Source of the DNA: Macrostomum lignano
Lineage: Eukaryota
Assembly: GCA_002269645.1 (NCBI GenBank)
Contig: NIVC01000673.1
Location: 186,001 to 250,000 of the forward strand
Direction: 5' to 3'
Length of the DNA stretch: 64,000 bases
In this document: positions 37,731 to 50,939 of the stretch, piece after piece
How positions within the stretch are numbered: the first letter of the stretch is position 1
Layout of the letters: each line of letters starts with the position of its first letter
Made by a program: the position numbers and the translations under genes
The notes under the pieces: model-generated
Database searches by the model: none
What the model saw: only the letters and a program-made list of their open reading frames with translations
Told to the model about the DNA's origin: nothing

Positions 37731-38559
37731 AGAGGAACTGCAGTGCAGCTTTGAGCCTCAGTGGAGCAGCTGCAGTGCTGCTAAGTTGAAATGCAGTGCA
37801 AAATGCAGTGTGCCATGGCTCAGCGATAAGATTCTGTGAGCCTCATCACTTGCTGGAGATGTCATTCCGCCTCCATGTCTGTCTTGTGAAGGCAGATCCC
37901 AAATCCCAGAAGCAGTCAGTTGAAACCCCAGCTTCAGTGCTGACGCTCCTCATGCCTTCTGCAATGCTGGCTCAGCAGCTCTCAGACTTTATTTTCGTCA
38001 GTTCTGCTTTTGCTGACTTGATTTTCCTGTCAGTTGCTTCCGTGCTGCAAATTGCTGCTTTTTTGAGCTGTGCTCAAATTCTTCCTGTTCTCTCATGTGC
38101 CGCCGTTTTTAACTGCATTGTTTTACTTGTTGCAGTGTTTGTTTAAATGTCCATTTCAAATTTGTTAAAATGCTGTGTCAGGCTCAGCCACTCCCATTGC
38201 TACTCAAAGTAGAGCAGCTGATTCTGTGCTGCCAATGACAGCTGCTCACGCGATCCCCATTTTACTGATTTCCCTTGGAGCCTCAGAGCTGCTCTGACCT
38301 GAGTCTCTGATGGCTCTGGCATCTCCCTGACCTCAGTCCACGGCTGTCAGCATTTCATTGTTTAATGCTGAGCAGCTTGGGACTCAGGCTGGGTTCTCCC
38401 CAGATCCTCAGGGCTGGTGCAATCCACAGGGGTCCTCGTGATTCTTTCCAACGTCTGTCCCTTTGGTTTCTGTGGTGTCCCCTCTGATACCTGTGTTCTC
38501 CCTGATCCGTGATCTCCAGCTGATACCTGTGTTCTGCCTGATTCCCGTGATCTCCCTGA

Positions 38560-39290
38560 TCCCTGTGTTTCCACTTATCCCTGTGTTCTCCCCTGATCCC
38601 TGTGTTCTTTCCTGATCCCTGTGCTCTCCCTGATCCCTGTGTTCTCCCTGATCCCTGTGTTCTCCCTGATCCCTGTGTTCTCCCCTGATCCCTGTGTTTC
38701 CACTGATCCCTGTGTTCTCCCCTGATCCCTGTGTTCTTTCCTGATCCCTGTGCTCTCCCTGATCCCTGTGTTCTCCCTGATCCCTGTGTAGCTCCTTGGG
38801 TTCTTCCTGATCCCTGTGTTCTCCCTGATCCCTGTGTAGCTCCTTGGGTTCTCCCTGATCCCTGTGATCTCCCTGACCCTCCTGACAATGCTGTCAGCTG
38901 TCCCTGACCCTCCTGACAATGCTGTCAGCTGTCCCTGACCCTCCTGACAATGCTGTCAGCTGTCCCTGTCCTTCCTGACAATGCTGTCAGCTGTCCCTGT
39001 CCCTCCTGACAAGGCTGTCAGCTGTCCCTGACACTCCTGACAATGCTGCTAAGCCTGAGTTGCCATCACGCACACATCACATCATGCTGTGTATTTGCTG
39101 TCATTTCATCCATACCCATAGCCTGCACACCTCAATGCTGACTCACTGCTGCCAACATTGCTGCCTTGTATGCTTAAAACACATCAATGCTGACTCACTG
39201 CTGTCAACATTGCTGCCTTGTATGCTTAAAACACCTCAATGCTGACTCACTGCTGCCAACATTGCTGATTTGTATGCTTAAAGCATTTCA
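38560..39290. repeat. Adjacent minisatellites: ~18-bp (ccctgatccctgtgttct), ~31-bp (gtccctgaccctcctgacaatgctgtcagct), ~52-bp x3
   Basis: Directly visible. Confidence 0.88.
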
Positions 39291-39759
39291 CTTGTCACAA
39301 TAGTCTCCGTGACGGCACATCAATAAAATTGAATATTGAAGCCATCTCAGTGTTTCTAAACAAATTCAAATTAACCAAAAGCTGTTCAAGCTTTCATATG
39401 TTTATTTTTTGCTAAACTTTGAGGAAACAACAGAAATTCAAACAGCAGGGTGCAAAATAAACCATAAATATGTCAAATCTAAATTATTGATAATTAACAT
39501 TAATTGGAGAACAGCTGACAAATCACCGATCAGTTTTCATGGTTTGGAATTTGGAGAATTGAAATAATGACAGTTTGAGTTCTCAGTCTGAAAGCTTAAA
39601 TATTCGATGGAATTCGAAATGGCGCTCAGGTGATACAGAATAATTGGTTAATTAATTCATTTTAACTAATAAAACTACTGGATTAATATGATGTCTAATT
39701 TACTACTGCATAAATAGTTTTATTCGGAACTGTAGAAAATAGAAAATATCCAACAACCT

Positions 39760-40145
39760 CAGTGGCACCCCAGCTCAGTCAGTGGCACTCCAGCTCAGTC
39801 AGTGACATCCCAGCTCAGTCAGTGACACCCCAGCTCAGTGATACCCCAGCTCAATCAGTGACACCCCAGCTCAGTGATACCCCAGCTCAGTGACACCCCA
39901 GCTCAGTCAGTGACACCCCAGCTCAGTCAGTGACATCCCAGCTCAGTCAGTGACACCACAGCTCAATCAGTGACACCCCAGCTCAATCAGTGACACCACA
40001 GCTCAATCAGTGACACCCCAGCTCAATCAGTGACACCCCAGCTCAGTCAGTGACACCCCAGCTCAATCAGTGACACCCCAGCTCAGTCAGTGACACCCCA
40101 GCTCAGTCAGTGACATCCCAGCTCAGTCAGTGACACCCCAGCTCA
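39760..40145. repeat. ~20-bp minisatellite (cccagctcagtcagtgacac) abutting the TKT stop
   Basis: Directly visible. Confidence 0.93.
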
Positions 40146-40723
40146 GGCCAGCATCTCCAGCGCCGCCCGCACGATGGCCTCCGAGTCGATGCCGAACATC
40201 GCCAGCAGCTCCTGCGACTTGCCGCTGCGAGGCACCGCGCCCACGGCCAGGCGGCGGACGGGAACTCCGGGCAGAGCGGCGGCCACCGCCTCGCCCAGGC
40301 CGCCCTCGGGGTAGTGGTCCTCCACGGTCAGCACCCGGTTGCCGGTGGCGGCGGCGCTCTGGCGGAGCAGCTCGGCGTCGATGGGCTTCACGGTGAACGG
40401 GTCGACGACTCGGACTGCGATGCCCCTCTTAGCGAGCTGGTCGGCTGCAGCCAGCGCCTCCGTGATGGTGACGCCCGCGCCAACGATGGTGAGCTGGGGG
40501 GAGGGAGACGGTTGGCTCTGCGTGTCTGTCTGTCTGCCTGTCTGTCTGCCTGCCTGTCTGTCTGTGTGTCTGTCTGTGTGTCTGTCTGTGTGTCTGTCTG
40601 TCTGCCTGTCTGCGTGTCTGTCTGTCTGTCTGTCTGTGTCTGTCTGTCTTAGTGTCTGTCTGTCTTTTGTCTGTCTGCCTTTCTGTCTGTTTGTCTGTCT
40701 GTGTCTGTCTGTCTGTCTGACTT

Positions 40724-40756
<33 letters not shown>

Positions 40757-43700
40757 GTCTGTCTGTCTTAGTGTCTGTCTGTCTTTTGTCTGTCTGCCTT
40801 CCTGTCTGTGTGTCTGTCTGTCTGTCTGTGTGTCAGTCTGTCTGTCTTAGTCTTAGTGTCTGCCTGCCTGTCTGTCTGTCTGTCCGTCACCAGCCCAGCA
40901 GCCCCGCAGACCTTATCCGCCTCGGACTGGCGCACCAGATGCCCCTTGCCCACGGCAAAGGCGGTGTCATCTCCGTACAGGACGGGCTGGTTGGGCCTGC
41001 CGGTGCGGATGAAGCAGATGCCGCTGGTGTTGGCCGCCAGCTCCACGGCCCGCTCGGCACTGACAGCATCAGACGGGTAGAAGACGGTGGAGCCGGGCAG
41101 AGAGCGGAACATGGCGAGGTCCTCCAGGGCCATCTGGCTCGGCCCGTCCTCGCCGATGCTGACGCCGGCGTGGCTGCCAGCGAAGTTCGCGTCGGTCTGG
41201 CTGATGGCCGCCATGCGCAGCTGGTCGAAGGTGCGCGTCAGGAAGGCGGCGAAGGTCGAGACGAAGACGACCCGGCGACGGCGAGCGGCTATGCCGACGG
41301 CGACACCGACCATGTTCTGCTCGGCGATGAAGCACTCGATGAAGCGGTCGGGGAAGGCCTGCGGTTTTCGGGGTGGGGATCAGCATGATCTGGGGATTTT
41401 TATCCCTAAGACTGCGAGTTCTATTAGTGAGGCTTCAGTCTACCAAATCCCATCAGTGAGGCTTCAGTCTATCAAATCCCATCAGTGAGGCTTCAGTCTC
41501 CCAAATCCCAAAAGTGAGGCTTCAGTCTCCTAAATCCCATCAGTGAGGCTTCAGTCTCCCAAATCCCATCAGTGAGGCTTCAGTCTCCCAAATCCCATCA
41601 GCTGAGGCTTCAGTCTCCCAAATCCCATCAGTGAGGCTTCAGTCTCCCAAATCCCATCATCCCCATTATCAGAGGCTTCAGTCTCCCAAATCCCATCAGC
41701 AGAGGCTTCAGTTTCCCAAATGCCGCCCCAGCTCACCTGGGCGAACTTCAAGCTGAAGGTGGAATTCTTGGTGTCGCCGTCCAGCGCCACCACCCGCCGG
41801 CTCGCCTCCCCCAGCTTCACCAGGGCGTTGCCGTAGGCCAGGCGGGTCGCCACCAGCTCGCCCAGCTTGTAGCCGGGAGGCCGCGACAGCCGCAGCGCGG
41901 CTTCCTCGCCGCCGGCGTCCAGCGGGGCGGGGGCGGACTCGGTGGGCATCGCCGGACAGAGGCCGGGGGCCGGGCCGGACAGCGCGTCCCGGATGTTGGC
42001 GAGGGCGGAGTCCGTCTTAGCGCCCAGTGGCTTGCCGTGGCAGTCCAGCTGGTCCTCGACTCCGATGAAGCCCTTGCCCTGGGGTGGGATTTGGGTGGGA
42101 TTCAAGAGGGATAATTATGGGTGGGATTTGAGAGGGATTCAAGTGGGATACTTATGAATGGGATTCAAATGGGATATTTATGGATGGGATTCAAGTGGGA
42201 TATTTATGGATGGGATTCAAGTGGGATATTTATGGATGGGATTCAAGTGGGATATTTATGGATGGGATTCAAGTGAGATATTTATGGGTGGGATTCAAGT
42301 GGGAGATTTATGGATGGGATTCAAGTGGGATATTTATGGATGGGATTCAAGTGGGATATTTATGGGTGGGATCCAAGTAGGAGATTTATGGATGGGATTC
42401 GAGAGGGATATTTATGGGTGGGATTCAAGTGGGATATTTATGGATGGGATTCAAGTGGGATATTTATGGGTGGGATTCAAGTGGGAGATTTATGGATGGG
42501 ATTCAAGTGGGATATTTATGGATGGGATTCAAGTGGGATATTTATGGGTGGGATCCAAGTAGGAGATTTATGGATGGGATTCGAGAGGGATATTTATGGG
42601 TGGGATTCAAGTGGGATATTTATGGATGGGATTCAAGTGGGATATTTATGGGTGGGATTCAAGGAGATTTATGGATGGGATTCAAGTGGGATATTTATGG
42701 GTGGGATTCAAATAGAATTTATGGACGGGATTCAAGTGGGATATTTATAGATGGGATTCAGGTGGGATATACCTGCCGCATACCTTGAAGGTCACAGCCA
42801 CAATGCAGCTGGGCTTGTCCTTAACCCTGGCAGCCTCATTAAAGCCAGCCACCAGCTGCTCAACGTTGTGCCCGTCAAGCACGATGGCGTGCCAGCCGAA
42901 GGCCTCCATGCGGGCTTTGTACACCTCGGCGGAGTGCTGCAGCGGCGTCGGGTCCGACTGGCCCAGCCGGTTTACGTCCAGGATGGCGACCAGGTTGTCC
43001 AGGCGGTAGTGCGCGGCGAAGGCGGCCGCCTCCCAGATGCTGCCCTCGGCTGATTCGCCGTCGCCAATGACGCAGAAGACCCGGTAGCTGAGCTTGTCCA
43101 TGTGCTTGCCAGCGTGGGCCATGCCCGCCGCGAAGCTCAGGCCCTGCGGGATGCCGGATATCGATTAGCGATAATGGGCGATACTGATGGATATCGATTA
43201 GCGATAATGGGCGATACTGATGAATATCGATTAGCGATAATGGGCGATACTGATGGATATCGATTAGCGATAATGGGCGATAGTCATGGATATCGATTAG
43301 CGATAATAGGCGATACTGATGAATATCGATTAGCGATAATGGGAAATACTGATGGATATCGATTAGCGATAATGGCCGATACTGATGAATATCGATTAGC
43401 GATAATGGGAAATAATGACGGGTAACGGTTTGCAATAATGTTTTAAACTGATGTATATCGATAAGCAATAAAGGACAATACTGATGGATATCGATTAGCG
43501 ATAATGGGCGATGATGGCGGATATCGATTAGCGATAATAGTGGATATCGATTTGCAATAATAGGTGATACTTGTGGATATGCATTATTGATAATGAAACA
43601 CTGGCTAATCGATGATTCGATAATGTCGAAAGATTACATCGAAGATTAAACCACCCACCTGACCAAGCGATCCAGTGGCCACATCAACAAAGCTCAGTCT

Positions 43701-46700
43701 CGGAGTTGGATGACCCTCCAAATCGCTGCTAATCTTGCGCAGGTTCAACAGCTCGCTAGCTGGGAACAGGCCGGCTTCCGCCCACGCAGCATAGAGGATT
43801 GGAGCAGCATGGCCCTGGATTGTGTGGCAGACAAATACACAAAAATATGGCCAACACTTATTAGTCTAATGGGACAAGTCTAAGTAATAGCACTATGTAC
43901 TAAACCTACCTTGGACAGAATAAACCGATCATTAGTATAGAGTTTTGGCTCCTTCACAGAATACTTCATGGTGTGGAAGAACAGTACAGACATAATCTCT
44001 GCCATTGAAGCGCATGATGTTGGGTGTCTGAAAATAGGAATAATCATAAAATAGAAAGTAAATAAAATCAAAACAGTTATAATAACTAATAATATTCAAG
44101 CAGTGGTAAAAATACTATTAAAAAACTCTTTAACATTTTGTTAAAAGATATATAGGATGTTTAAATCACTGATCCATTACTTCTTATTATTGAAAGTACT
44201 ATTTTGTTAGAGTTCTACTGTAGCTACAGATGCAGCTACATGAAATTATGAGTAGATATGGTAATAGGAACAAATATTTCATATTTGTATTATAATATAT
44301 TAATATTAGCCACTTAATATCTAAGACTTAAAAGACAGAAGATCATTAGAGCTCTTAATTTCATAGGTGGAATAAAAAATAAATGAATATTGCTATTTAC
44401 AAAGCTTTGTCAGGGAATTCCTACAGTTGGAAACTCAAGCAACAAAGTTTGTTGCTACTATATATACATAATATAGATAGGCTAGTAAGGACTAAAGTTA
44501 AGATGATTTTTTTTACTTTTAATGCAAAAGAAGCTCTTGGTCTAAAGTTCTTGTGGTTAGAAACTTTGATGCTTGGGCGCAACCTAAGGATTCACCTAGC
44601 TGTTTCTATTGGCAACAGACACATGTAAGTCACTATTGGACTGAATAGTAGTCATGTGACTGCTCTCAGCCAATAGCGACTTACATGTGTGTTGCCAATA
44701 GAAATGGCCAAGTGACTCCCAAGGTTGCAAATGTATGGAAACCTTAGTATCAAAGATATACCATATATATTTGTATGGGAGGAATGGTTTAAGATAAAGT
44801 AGAGATAAATATAGTTCTAGCCATTCTATGGGAAAATATAGGAAATTAATTTGTGATACTTATAGGTATAGATATAGACCATAGTTAAGAATATAGTCAT
44901 TACTACAGAAAATTCTAGTATATCCAAAGTGTTTGATATATTTAGTAAATCATCATGGTACATATTGAGGTCCTTAGTATAAATGTTAAATAACTTTTAG
45001 CAAAAGGCTTTTCAAATTAAGCTCATAAAATGGAGCCCAAATAACCTGATATATATAAATAATATATTGTTCTGCTTATAATCATACCAAGAACCTAGGT
45101 TTGGCAAAAGTTATAAAAATTATACCTAGGATAGGACAGAACAATTAAGAAGACAATTAGGGACAATTATGTAAACTTAAGCTTATAAGGCTTAGTCTTT
45201 AATTATCTCCTTGCTTTTTTTCTTTTATTGCAAGTCCAATTTTTGTCAATTTTTTACTAAATCTAGCTTCTTGGTGTCACTATGAATAATAATCTAAAAT
45301 TTGTTTAGGTTATTAAGGCTCCACTTTATGAGCTTAAGTTGATAGGCCTTTGTCTTTCCTAAAACATAATTATTTATTAGGCAGTTGTTATTTGTCTGGT
45401 GACTAGACAAATAGCAGTGTGGTTATTTGTCCGGTAATTCAATAATGGCCATGTTTCCCTATTTATCTAGTTAATATTGGATAAATATTTTGTTTATAAC
45501 TATAAGGGTGAATATTAAGGGGGCCATAGCCCAGTGGTAGCGCAGCTGCTCTGGTGTGCCAGCAAACCCAGGCTCAATTCCAAGTGCAGTCACATTAATT
45601 TGGGGCTGAATTGGAATCTTGGCTTGGCTCTGCTCGTGCAATTAATGGCCTTGAGAGCCAACCCCCAAGGTGCAGTGAAGTGTACATGCCTAACAATAAT
45701 ATAAAGTTAGGGCCGCTGTACACTCCTATGTGAGTGTACGCCTGCGTACGTATCCGCGCACTTGTATGCCTGCTCAAAGAAGTTGGCGGAATGGGCAGCA
45801 ATGCCTCTTGCCGGTCGTGTGCCCATGTTGCTTAACAGTAGGAATACCAAGCCATTTTTCTGCCTGTCGAACTACCAAGGGGGGGGGGGAAATTTCCCTT
45901 TTATGGAAATTTCCCCCCCCCCTGACAGTTTTTTTTGCTGCGCCGGAATGGAGCAATGCAGACACATAAAATTCAAGAACACGGGCTAACTTTTTGTTGC
46001 GCACCTTCTCAAACAAAAATCAAGTCGCCAGCCCTCTGGACCGTCGAGATATTCGACGATTCTGCCAGAAGGTCAGATTTTTCCCATAAGCGCTAGTGTA
46101 TTCAGTACACCCCTGTGCGCCAAATAGCACTGCGCCTCAGTGCAGCCTTGCCAAGTCTCCAAATTTCATCAGCACGTCGACCACGTGTCTGCATCAGCTC
46201 TGACTTCGTTGGTCACTAGCCTTCACCCAGGCGGAGCTTCTGGACCTTCAACAGGTGGCACCAAGTGACTATGGACACTCTGATACAAATTTCTCGAGTT
46301 TTGCTGATCAAGCCTCGACAGTGGGCATACCTCAACTGCTAGGTATCCTCAGCTAGTCTCTCGAGCCTTCCATCATCACCCCGACGCTGTCGGCACCTTC
46401 AACGGATTACACCAGGTGACTATGGACGTCCTGTTGCAAATATGTCAGGTCTTTCTTATCAAGCTTCAATAATGGGCAAACCTCAACCGACAGACATTGT
46501 CAGCTAGTCTCTCAAGCATTCCGTCATCATCCCGACGCCGTCAGCTCCTTCAACAGATTACACCAGGTGACTATGAACACCTTGATGCGAATTTCTCTAG
46601 TTTCACCGATCAAGCCTTGACAGTGGGCAAGCCTCAACTGCTGGACATCCTCAGCTAGTCTCTCAAGCATTCCGTCGTCATCCCGACGCCGTCGGCTCCT

Positions 46701-49700
46701 TCAATAGATGACACCAAGTGACTATGGACACCCTGATGCGAATTTCTCTAGTTTCGCCGATCAAGCCTTGACAGTAGGCAAGCCTCAACTGCCGGACACC
46801 TTTAGCTAGTCTCCTGAGCATTCCGTCATCATCCCAACACCGTCGGCACCTTCAACAGGTGGTATCAGGTGACTATGGACGTTCTTTTTGCAACTATGTC
46901 AGGTTTTTCTTATCAAGCTTCAATAATGAGCAAACCTCAACTGCTGGACATCCTCAGCTAGTCAGTCAAGCATTCAGCCATCACCCCAACGCCGTCGGCA
47001 CCTTCAACAGGTGGCACCAGGGGAGTAAGGACATCTGAGCGTGATTTTTCATCATGCTCTTAACATTTCTAAAGCTCTCAAAATTTTTAAAGCACGGACA
47101 TTGCTATAGTTAAGCTTGAACTCATGTTGCTGTATATTTATATTATTATTACACATACTTTTATGCATACGAGCTACATACATATTTTATTCGAAAAGCT
47201 GTATAGTTTATTCAACTATAATATTGAACCCAATTTTTATGCAGAAAGGGTTATGCTTTTAAGAAGCCAGTAAATTTAATCCGTTTTTTCATTTTTTAAT
47301 GATTCAGAAATGTTAAGAGCATGATGAAAAATCACGCTCAGTTGTCCTTACTCCCTTGATGCCACCTGTTGAAGGTGCCGACGGTGTCGGGATGATGACG
47401 GAATGCTCAGGAGACTAGCTGAAGGTGTCCGGCAGTTGAGGCTTGCCTACTGTTGAGGCTTGATCGGCGAAACTAGAGAAATTCGCATCAGGGTGTCCAT
47501 AGTCACTTGGTGTCATCTGTTGAAGGAGCCGATGGCGTCGGGATGACGACGGAATGCTTGAGAGACTAGCTGAGGATGTCCAGCAGTTGAGGCTTGCCCA
47601 CTGTCGAGGCTTGATCGGTGAAACTTGAGAAATTCGCATCAAGGTGTTCATAGTCACCTGGTGTAATCTGTTGAAGGTGCCGACAGCGTCGGGGTGATGA
47701 CTGAATGCTTGACTGACTAGCTTAGGATGTCCAGCAGTTGATTTTTGCCCACTGTCGAGGCTTGATCGGCGAAACTAGAGAATTTCTTATCAGGCTGTCC
47801 ATAGTCCCCTGGTGTAATCTTTTGAAGGTGCCAACGGTGTCGGGATGATGAAGGAATGCTCAGGAGACTAGCTGAGGGTGTCTGGCAGTTGAGGCTTGCC
47901 TACTGTCGAGGCTTGATCGGTGAAACTAGAGAAATTCACATCAAGGTGTTCATAGTCACCTGGTGCCACCTGTTGAAGGTCTAGAAGCTCCGTCTCGGTG
48001 AAGGCCAGTAACCAACAAAGTCAGAGCTGATGCAGACACATGTGGTCGACGTGCTGATGAAATTTGGAGACTTGGCAAGGCTGCACTGAGGCGCAGTGCT
48101 ATTTGGCGCACAGGGGTGTACTGAATACACTGGCGCTTATGGGAAAAATCTGACCTTCTGGTAGAATCGTCGAATATCTCGACGGTCCAAAGGGCTGGCG
48201 ACTTGATTTTTGTTTGAGAAGGTGCGCAACAAAAAGTTAGCCCGTGTTCTTGAATTTCGTGTGCCTGCGTTGCTCCATTCCGGCGCAGCAAAAAAATTGT
48301 CAGGGGGAGGGGAAATTTTTCCCCCCCCCCCTTGGTAGTTCTACTGTTAAAGTGCACCAGGGTGCACACAACCCCTGTGCCTCTAATAAAATAAATAATA
48401 AAAAGGGTGAATATTCCTGGACTTCAAAGACTTTTTAGGGCCTATTTGTATCTTGATTATTATGTTGTTATACTAGTGTATGTCTTATATTACCAAATTA
48501 TGATAAATTGTATACACTGCTTTGCTTATACTAGCATATAACAAAATAATAATCAGTATATAAGAAAAGGTCTTAAAATCTAAAATATTCATAACTAAAC
48601 AAATAGATACTTGTGTTAGCAATTTAACCAGACAAATAGCAAAATGGCTATTTGTCCAGTCATTAGTCAAATAACAACTGCCCATTTATTATTCTAACTT
48701 GAATTTTCAAATGTATAATTTAATTTCTAGATCTGTTTTAAATAGTTTTTATTGGTTATATACAAAATAAAAATAAAAATAGCTTACAGTGTATAACTAA
48801 AACATTGATTTTTCAAAGACTAATAATAGGCCTAGTACTACTATACTATGCAACTTTTTTGACTAAGCCTATAGTCTATAGAAAATAGGTAAAAGTCTAT
48901 AAGAAAAAAATAGATAACTACTAATACTAAAAGAAAAATTGGTTATAATACTAAAAAAACTCTACTTTAAAGCAATTAGTATCATTTAATGATTATTAAT
49001 AGGCCTTGCTAGTTTTTAATTTTATAATTAAAAATTTAAAAAAAATTATTTATGCTTGTGGTGGCTAGACTGTATGCAACCAGCAGCACTAATGCAGCCA
49101 CACCAGAAAATCCCCCAACCTCTATCTAGCTGAGGTGGGGTGGCTGCGCACCAAGCTAGCCAGCTCACTAAGCTGGGGGGGGGGGTTGGCATAGCCTATC
49201 ATGCCACACCACCTTTTTGCACTTCCCTAGGCCCTTCAATCTCACGCTATTGTATAAATATAAATATACCCACAAAGCAGCACAAACTCTTCACTGCCAT
49301 TCCATCTATTGAAATAAAAGGCCTTTCACCTCATGCTATACTTATAAGTCATAAGGGCATAGGCCAGCAGACCAATGTAAAAACTAATATTGTTGGTAAC
49401 TGGTCATTTCACCCATAAACCATTTTGGCCATGGACATTTTGCCCCCAGATCATTTTGCCCACAGACCATTTTGTCCACAGACCGTTTTGGCCATGGACC
49501 ATTTTGTCTCCAATTCAGACTATGCAGAGTTGAAATGAACAAAGTCATGAGCTGAGAGTATGCGAGATGAGACGAAAGTGCCAAAGAGCATTGACAACCA
49601 ATGATACAATTTATTATAAGCAAGGTTCAATAGTAACCATTCCCACTTTCAGGGCTAAAACACCAACAATCTGACCTATACTAAATATATACTAAAATCA

Positions 49701-50939
49701 TGATAGAGCAGAGATCTGCAAAGAGCATGAGCCGCGGACCATGAGCATATGCACTCCACTAGTATCACAAGTTCCTCGGTCTTGACATTTCTGTCCGGTG
49801 CTTCTACCATTACTTTTGCTAAGTAACTGGTTTGTTTTTGCATTAACATCTGCTCCGACATGGACTCAGCTTGCCTAAGGTTTCTCTGTACTTTTGTACA
49901 ACATTTTTTATAGTTTTAATTTTATCCTTTTATTTTTTCTGGTAATTTACCTTGCTTCTCTTGCATAAATGAAGCCAAAGATTGAAATGACTTACATGTA
50001 CAGTAGTTTTTTTACTTTACTTGATCACAGTTTTACACTTTGTGCTTTGATTATCAATTTTGATGACAAATCTTAATTATTCTTTTAGTATTTTTGGCCT
50101 TACCCTGCCTTGTAACCAAAACCTTTTCAGCTCCTTCTTGATTGAAATGACTTTTATATAGCATTTTTTACTTTTATACTTTATCCCAGTTTTATATTTT
50201 GTGCTTTAATTGAAACCAAGAAACCCTTTCTCATTCTCTGATTATACAAATTGGCTTTAATTGTTGCACATTTGAAAGGAATGACTTTAAAAAATCTTGT
50301 AATAATTCAAAATCGTAATAAACAAAATTGCAATAATGCAATAACACAATTGTTGCGGCAACAATTTAGATCATATTTTATTACAAATTAAAACAAAAAA
50401 TTAGCATTGAAAAAAAGAAAATAAAGATATATGTATTTCTGTATCTCTAAATACATAATGACCATTTTGGCCAAAAAGCCCATTGCCAAACTGGTTTATG
50501 GGCGAAACGGGTTATGGGCAAAATGGTCTCAGGGGGAAATGTCCATGGCTGAAACAGTTTGGGGGCAAAACAACCAGAATTCATATTGTTAATAGACTTT
50601 ATTATTAACCTATTAACCTTTAAATAAATATGCTCTATTTATTGATACACAACCTTTATACAAAGCTATATAATATTAGTAGCAATGTATTTTAATCAAT
50701 TGTCAAATAGAAAACTTTTATACAAAACATGTTATCAACTTAACAAGATCAATATTTAGTTTGTTTAATCAAAGCTATTTTTAAGCATTACAATTCATAG
50801 CAGAACATTTTTATTATATTCATAGACATAAATCAATATATATCACTTACCCACTATTAGAAGCATTGGTTGCATTGACACTATGAATGCGTAGCCTATT
50901 GGCCATAACTTTAAGCTTGTTCACCATTTCAGAGTCCAT
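40143..50939 (-). CDS. TKT: Transketolase, 620 aa; exons (minus) 50939-50851, 44027-43910, 43814-43659, 43143-42784, 42078-41737, 41358-40912, 40493-40143
   Basis: Motifs: [30 protein letters not shown]|[24 protein letters not shown]|[25 protein letters not shown]|[20 protein letters not shown]..|..[18 protein letters not shown]|..[27 protein letters not shown]..|..[11 protein letters not shown]. All introns are GT-AG and in phase; 1863 nt = 621 codons. Confidence 0.97.
40515..43620. repeat. Intronic repeats of TKT: (TGTC)n 40515-40885; ~29-bp 41425-41720; ~26-bp 42090-42770; 33-bp 43158-43620
   Basis: Each short TKT intron is filled with its own tandem unit; directly visible. Confidence 0.93.
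44579..44728. repeat. ~150-bp imperfect palindrome (MITE-like hairpin)
   Basis: gcaacc..tttctattggcaaca(ga)cacatgtaagtcactattgg pairs with ccaatagcgacttacatgtgtgttgccaatagaaa..ggttgc. Confidence 0.75.
45519..45869 (+). mobile_element. Possible tRNA-derived SINE
   Basis: ggggccaTAGCCCAGTGGtag (A-box-like) and GGCTCAATTCC (B-box-like, 45571-45581), followed by a GC-richer body in an AT-rich intron. No complete cloverleaf was verified. Confidence 0.45.
45870..48340. mobile_element. Foldback-type non-autonomous element: inverted arms 45870-47070 and 47306-48340, each a ~400-bp outer segment plus 4-5 tandem ~150-bp units, around a ~235-bp AT-rich spacer
   Basis: Left end aactaccaaggggggggg matches right end cccccccccttggtagtt, and arm-wide reverse complementarity is visible. 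Unit starts (ccttcaac..) at ~46246, 46396, 46547, 46697, 46848, 46998. Confidence 0.88.
49395..50582. mobile_element. Non-autonomous DNA transposon, 1188 bp, with 8-bp TSD ATATTGTT and subterminal ~16-bp repeats
   Basis: atattgtt at 49387-49394 and 50583-50590. Imperfect inverted termini (ggtaactggtcatttcaccc / gggggcaaaacaaccagaattc) carry inverted arrays of (ga)ccattttg(g/c)cc(c/a) motifs. Confidence 0.75.

Noticed and set aside
37796-38530. Possible coiled-coil exon on the minus strand
   Set aside because: Stops in all frames and no recognisable family.
45519-45595. Functional tRNA gene
   Set aside because: A/B boxes are present, but acceptor and anticodon stems are not convincingly paired; treated as a SINE head or pseudo-tRNA.
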